Shown: piece by piece, positions 63,426-64,000 of the stretch
Layout: each line of letters starts with the position of its first letter
Numbering within the stretch: position 1 is the first letter of the stretch
NCBI GenBank assembly: GCA_964602595.1
Contig: CAZRRO010000017.1
Coordinates: 67,528 to 131,527, forward strand
Origin: an uncultured Verrucomicrobiota bacterium
GTDB lineage: Bacteria; Verrucomicrobiota; Verrucomicrobiia; Limisphaerales; UBA9464
Direction: 5' to 3'
Length of the DNA stretch: 64,000 nt
Notes under the pieces: model-generated
What the model saw: the letters and a program-made list of their open reading frames with translations, nothing else
The model's database searches: none
What the model was told of the DNA's origin: nothing
Position numbers and translations under genes: made by a program

Positions 63426-63980
63426 TCAGGGAATCAGCGGGCGGCCAATGTTCAGGCCGTGTTTCAGGCAATAGGCACCGTTCACCACGTATTTCTCGGC
63501 CCAGTGCTTCAGGCCGGCGCGCTCCTCGGGGGTAAGGGCGCGTTTCACCTTGGCCGGGGCGCCGAGGACCATTGAGCCGGGCGGAATCACGGTGCCGGGC
63601 GTGACGACCGCGCCCGCGCCCACGAGGCTTTGTTCGCCGATGACCGCGCCATCGAGCACGGTGGCGCCAATGCCGATGAGACACTCGTCACCGATGGTGC
63701 AGGCGTGGACCACCGCGGAATGCCCGATGGTCACCCAGTTGCCGACGATGCAGGGAAAGTCATCGGCGAGGTGCAGCACCGCGTTGTCCTGCACATTGCT
63801 GTGGTGGCCGACGACGATGCGGTTGATGTCACCCCGCAGGACGGCCCCATACCAGACACTGCTGTGGTCACCGAGGGTCACGTCGCCCAGCACGACGGCG
63901 GTGGAGGCCAGGTAAACGTCCCGGCCCAGCACGGGTTCCTTGCGGAGAAAGGTGTCCAACTGCGCGACGAGCTTGTCCAT
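63426..63980 (-). CDS. Gamma-carbonic-anhydrase-like left-handed beta-helix (LbH) protein
   Basis: Hexapeptide repeats, with SVWYGAVLRGD...IVVGHHSNVQDNAVLH...IGHSAVVHACTIGDECLIGIGATVLDGAVIG. Confidence 0.9.
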   Translation of the reverse strand: MDKLVAQLDTFLRKEPVLGRDVYLASTAVVLGDVTLGDHSSVWYGAVLRGDINRIVVGHHSNVQDNAVLHLADDFPCIVGNWVTIGHSAVVHACTIGDECLIGIGATVLDGAVIGEQSLVGAGAVVTPGTVIPPGSMVLGAPAKVKRALTPEERAGLKHWAEKYVVNGAYCLKHGLNIGRPLIP

Positions 63981-64000
63981 GCAGGCAGCGTGCGATGACC

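Noticed and set aside
1-64000. CRISPR arrays, rRNA genes, intact tRNAs and complete IS elements or transposases
   Set aside because: None was found by eye. The only regularly spaced repeats are the coding triplication in 22954..26562 and the short motifs listed above, and no transposase-like ORF is present.

Overview
High-GC bacterial chromosome segment. The gene content (prepilin-type N-terminal H-X9-DG proteins, a PEP-CTERM protein, a MoxR-DUF58-BatA operon, several PQQ-like beta-propellers) suggests a Verrucomicrobiota/PVC-like origin; this is inference only.

Positions 1-14.4 kb look like an accessory, defence-island-type block that ends at a decayed tyrosine integrase plus a tRNA 3'-end fragment. 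It contains:
(i) an edge-truncated retron-like reverse transcriptase that is missing from the supplied ORF track. Upstream of it lie a structured non-coding region, a HEPN-like gene and a wHTH-like gene;
(ii) a type I R-M locus with hsdR and hsdS but no hsdM in the window. It is split by a Fic gene and a TPR gene, each followed by a copy of the hsdR 3' tail with ATGA translational coupling;
(iii) a PD-(D/E)xK-like plus membrane-anchored NERD gene pair;
(iv) a VapBC toxin-antitoxin pair.

The remaining ~50 kb is mostly core genes: rpmI-rplT, purU, metF, a MetE-like gene, recO, ybeY, the Bat operon, an ECF sigma module, USP genes, cytochromes and secreted proteins.

The most unusual cluster inside the core region is a tight four-gene minus-strand group at 34.2-38.4 kb. 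It encodes a Zn-ribbon atypical kinase, a vWA/MIDAS protein, a strongly divergent adenylosuccinate-synthetase-like enzyme and an RlaP-type nucleotidyltransferase.

Other observations are a family of GGAAGGCAGGAA-containing inverted repeats, an inverted-repeat-bounded insertion in the Bat operon, tandem paralogues wedged between ybeY and recO, and a triplicated domain in a 1202-aa secreted protein.

Many long ORFs in the track are antisense shadows typical of high-GC DNA. I saw no rRNA, intact tRNA or CRISPR array. All calls rest on reading and translating the sequence by eye; no database search was run.
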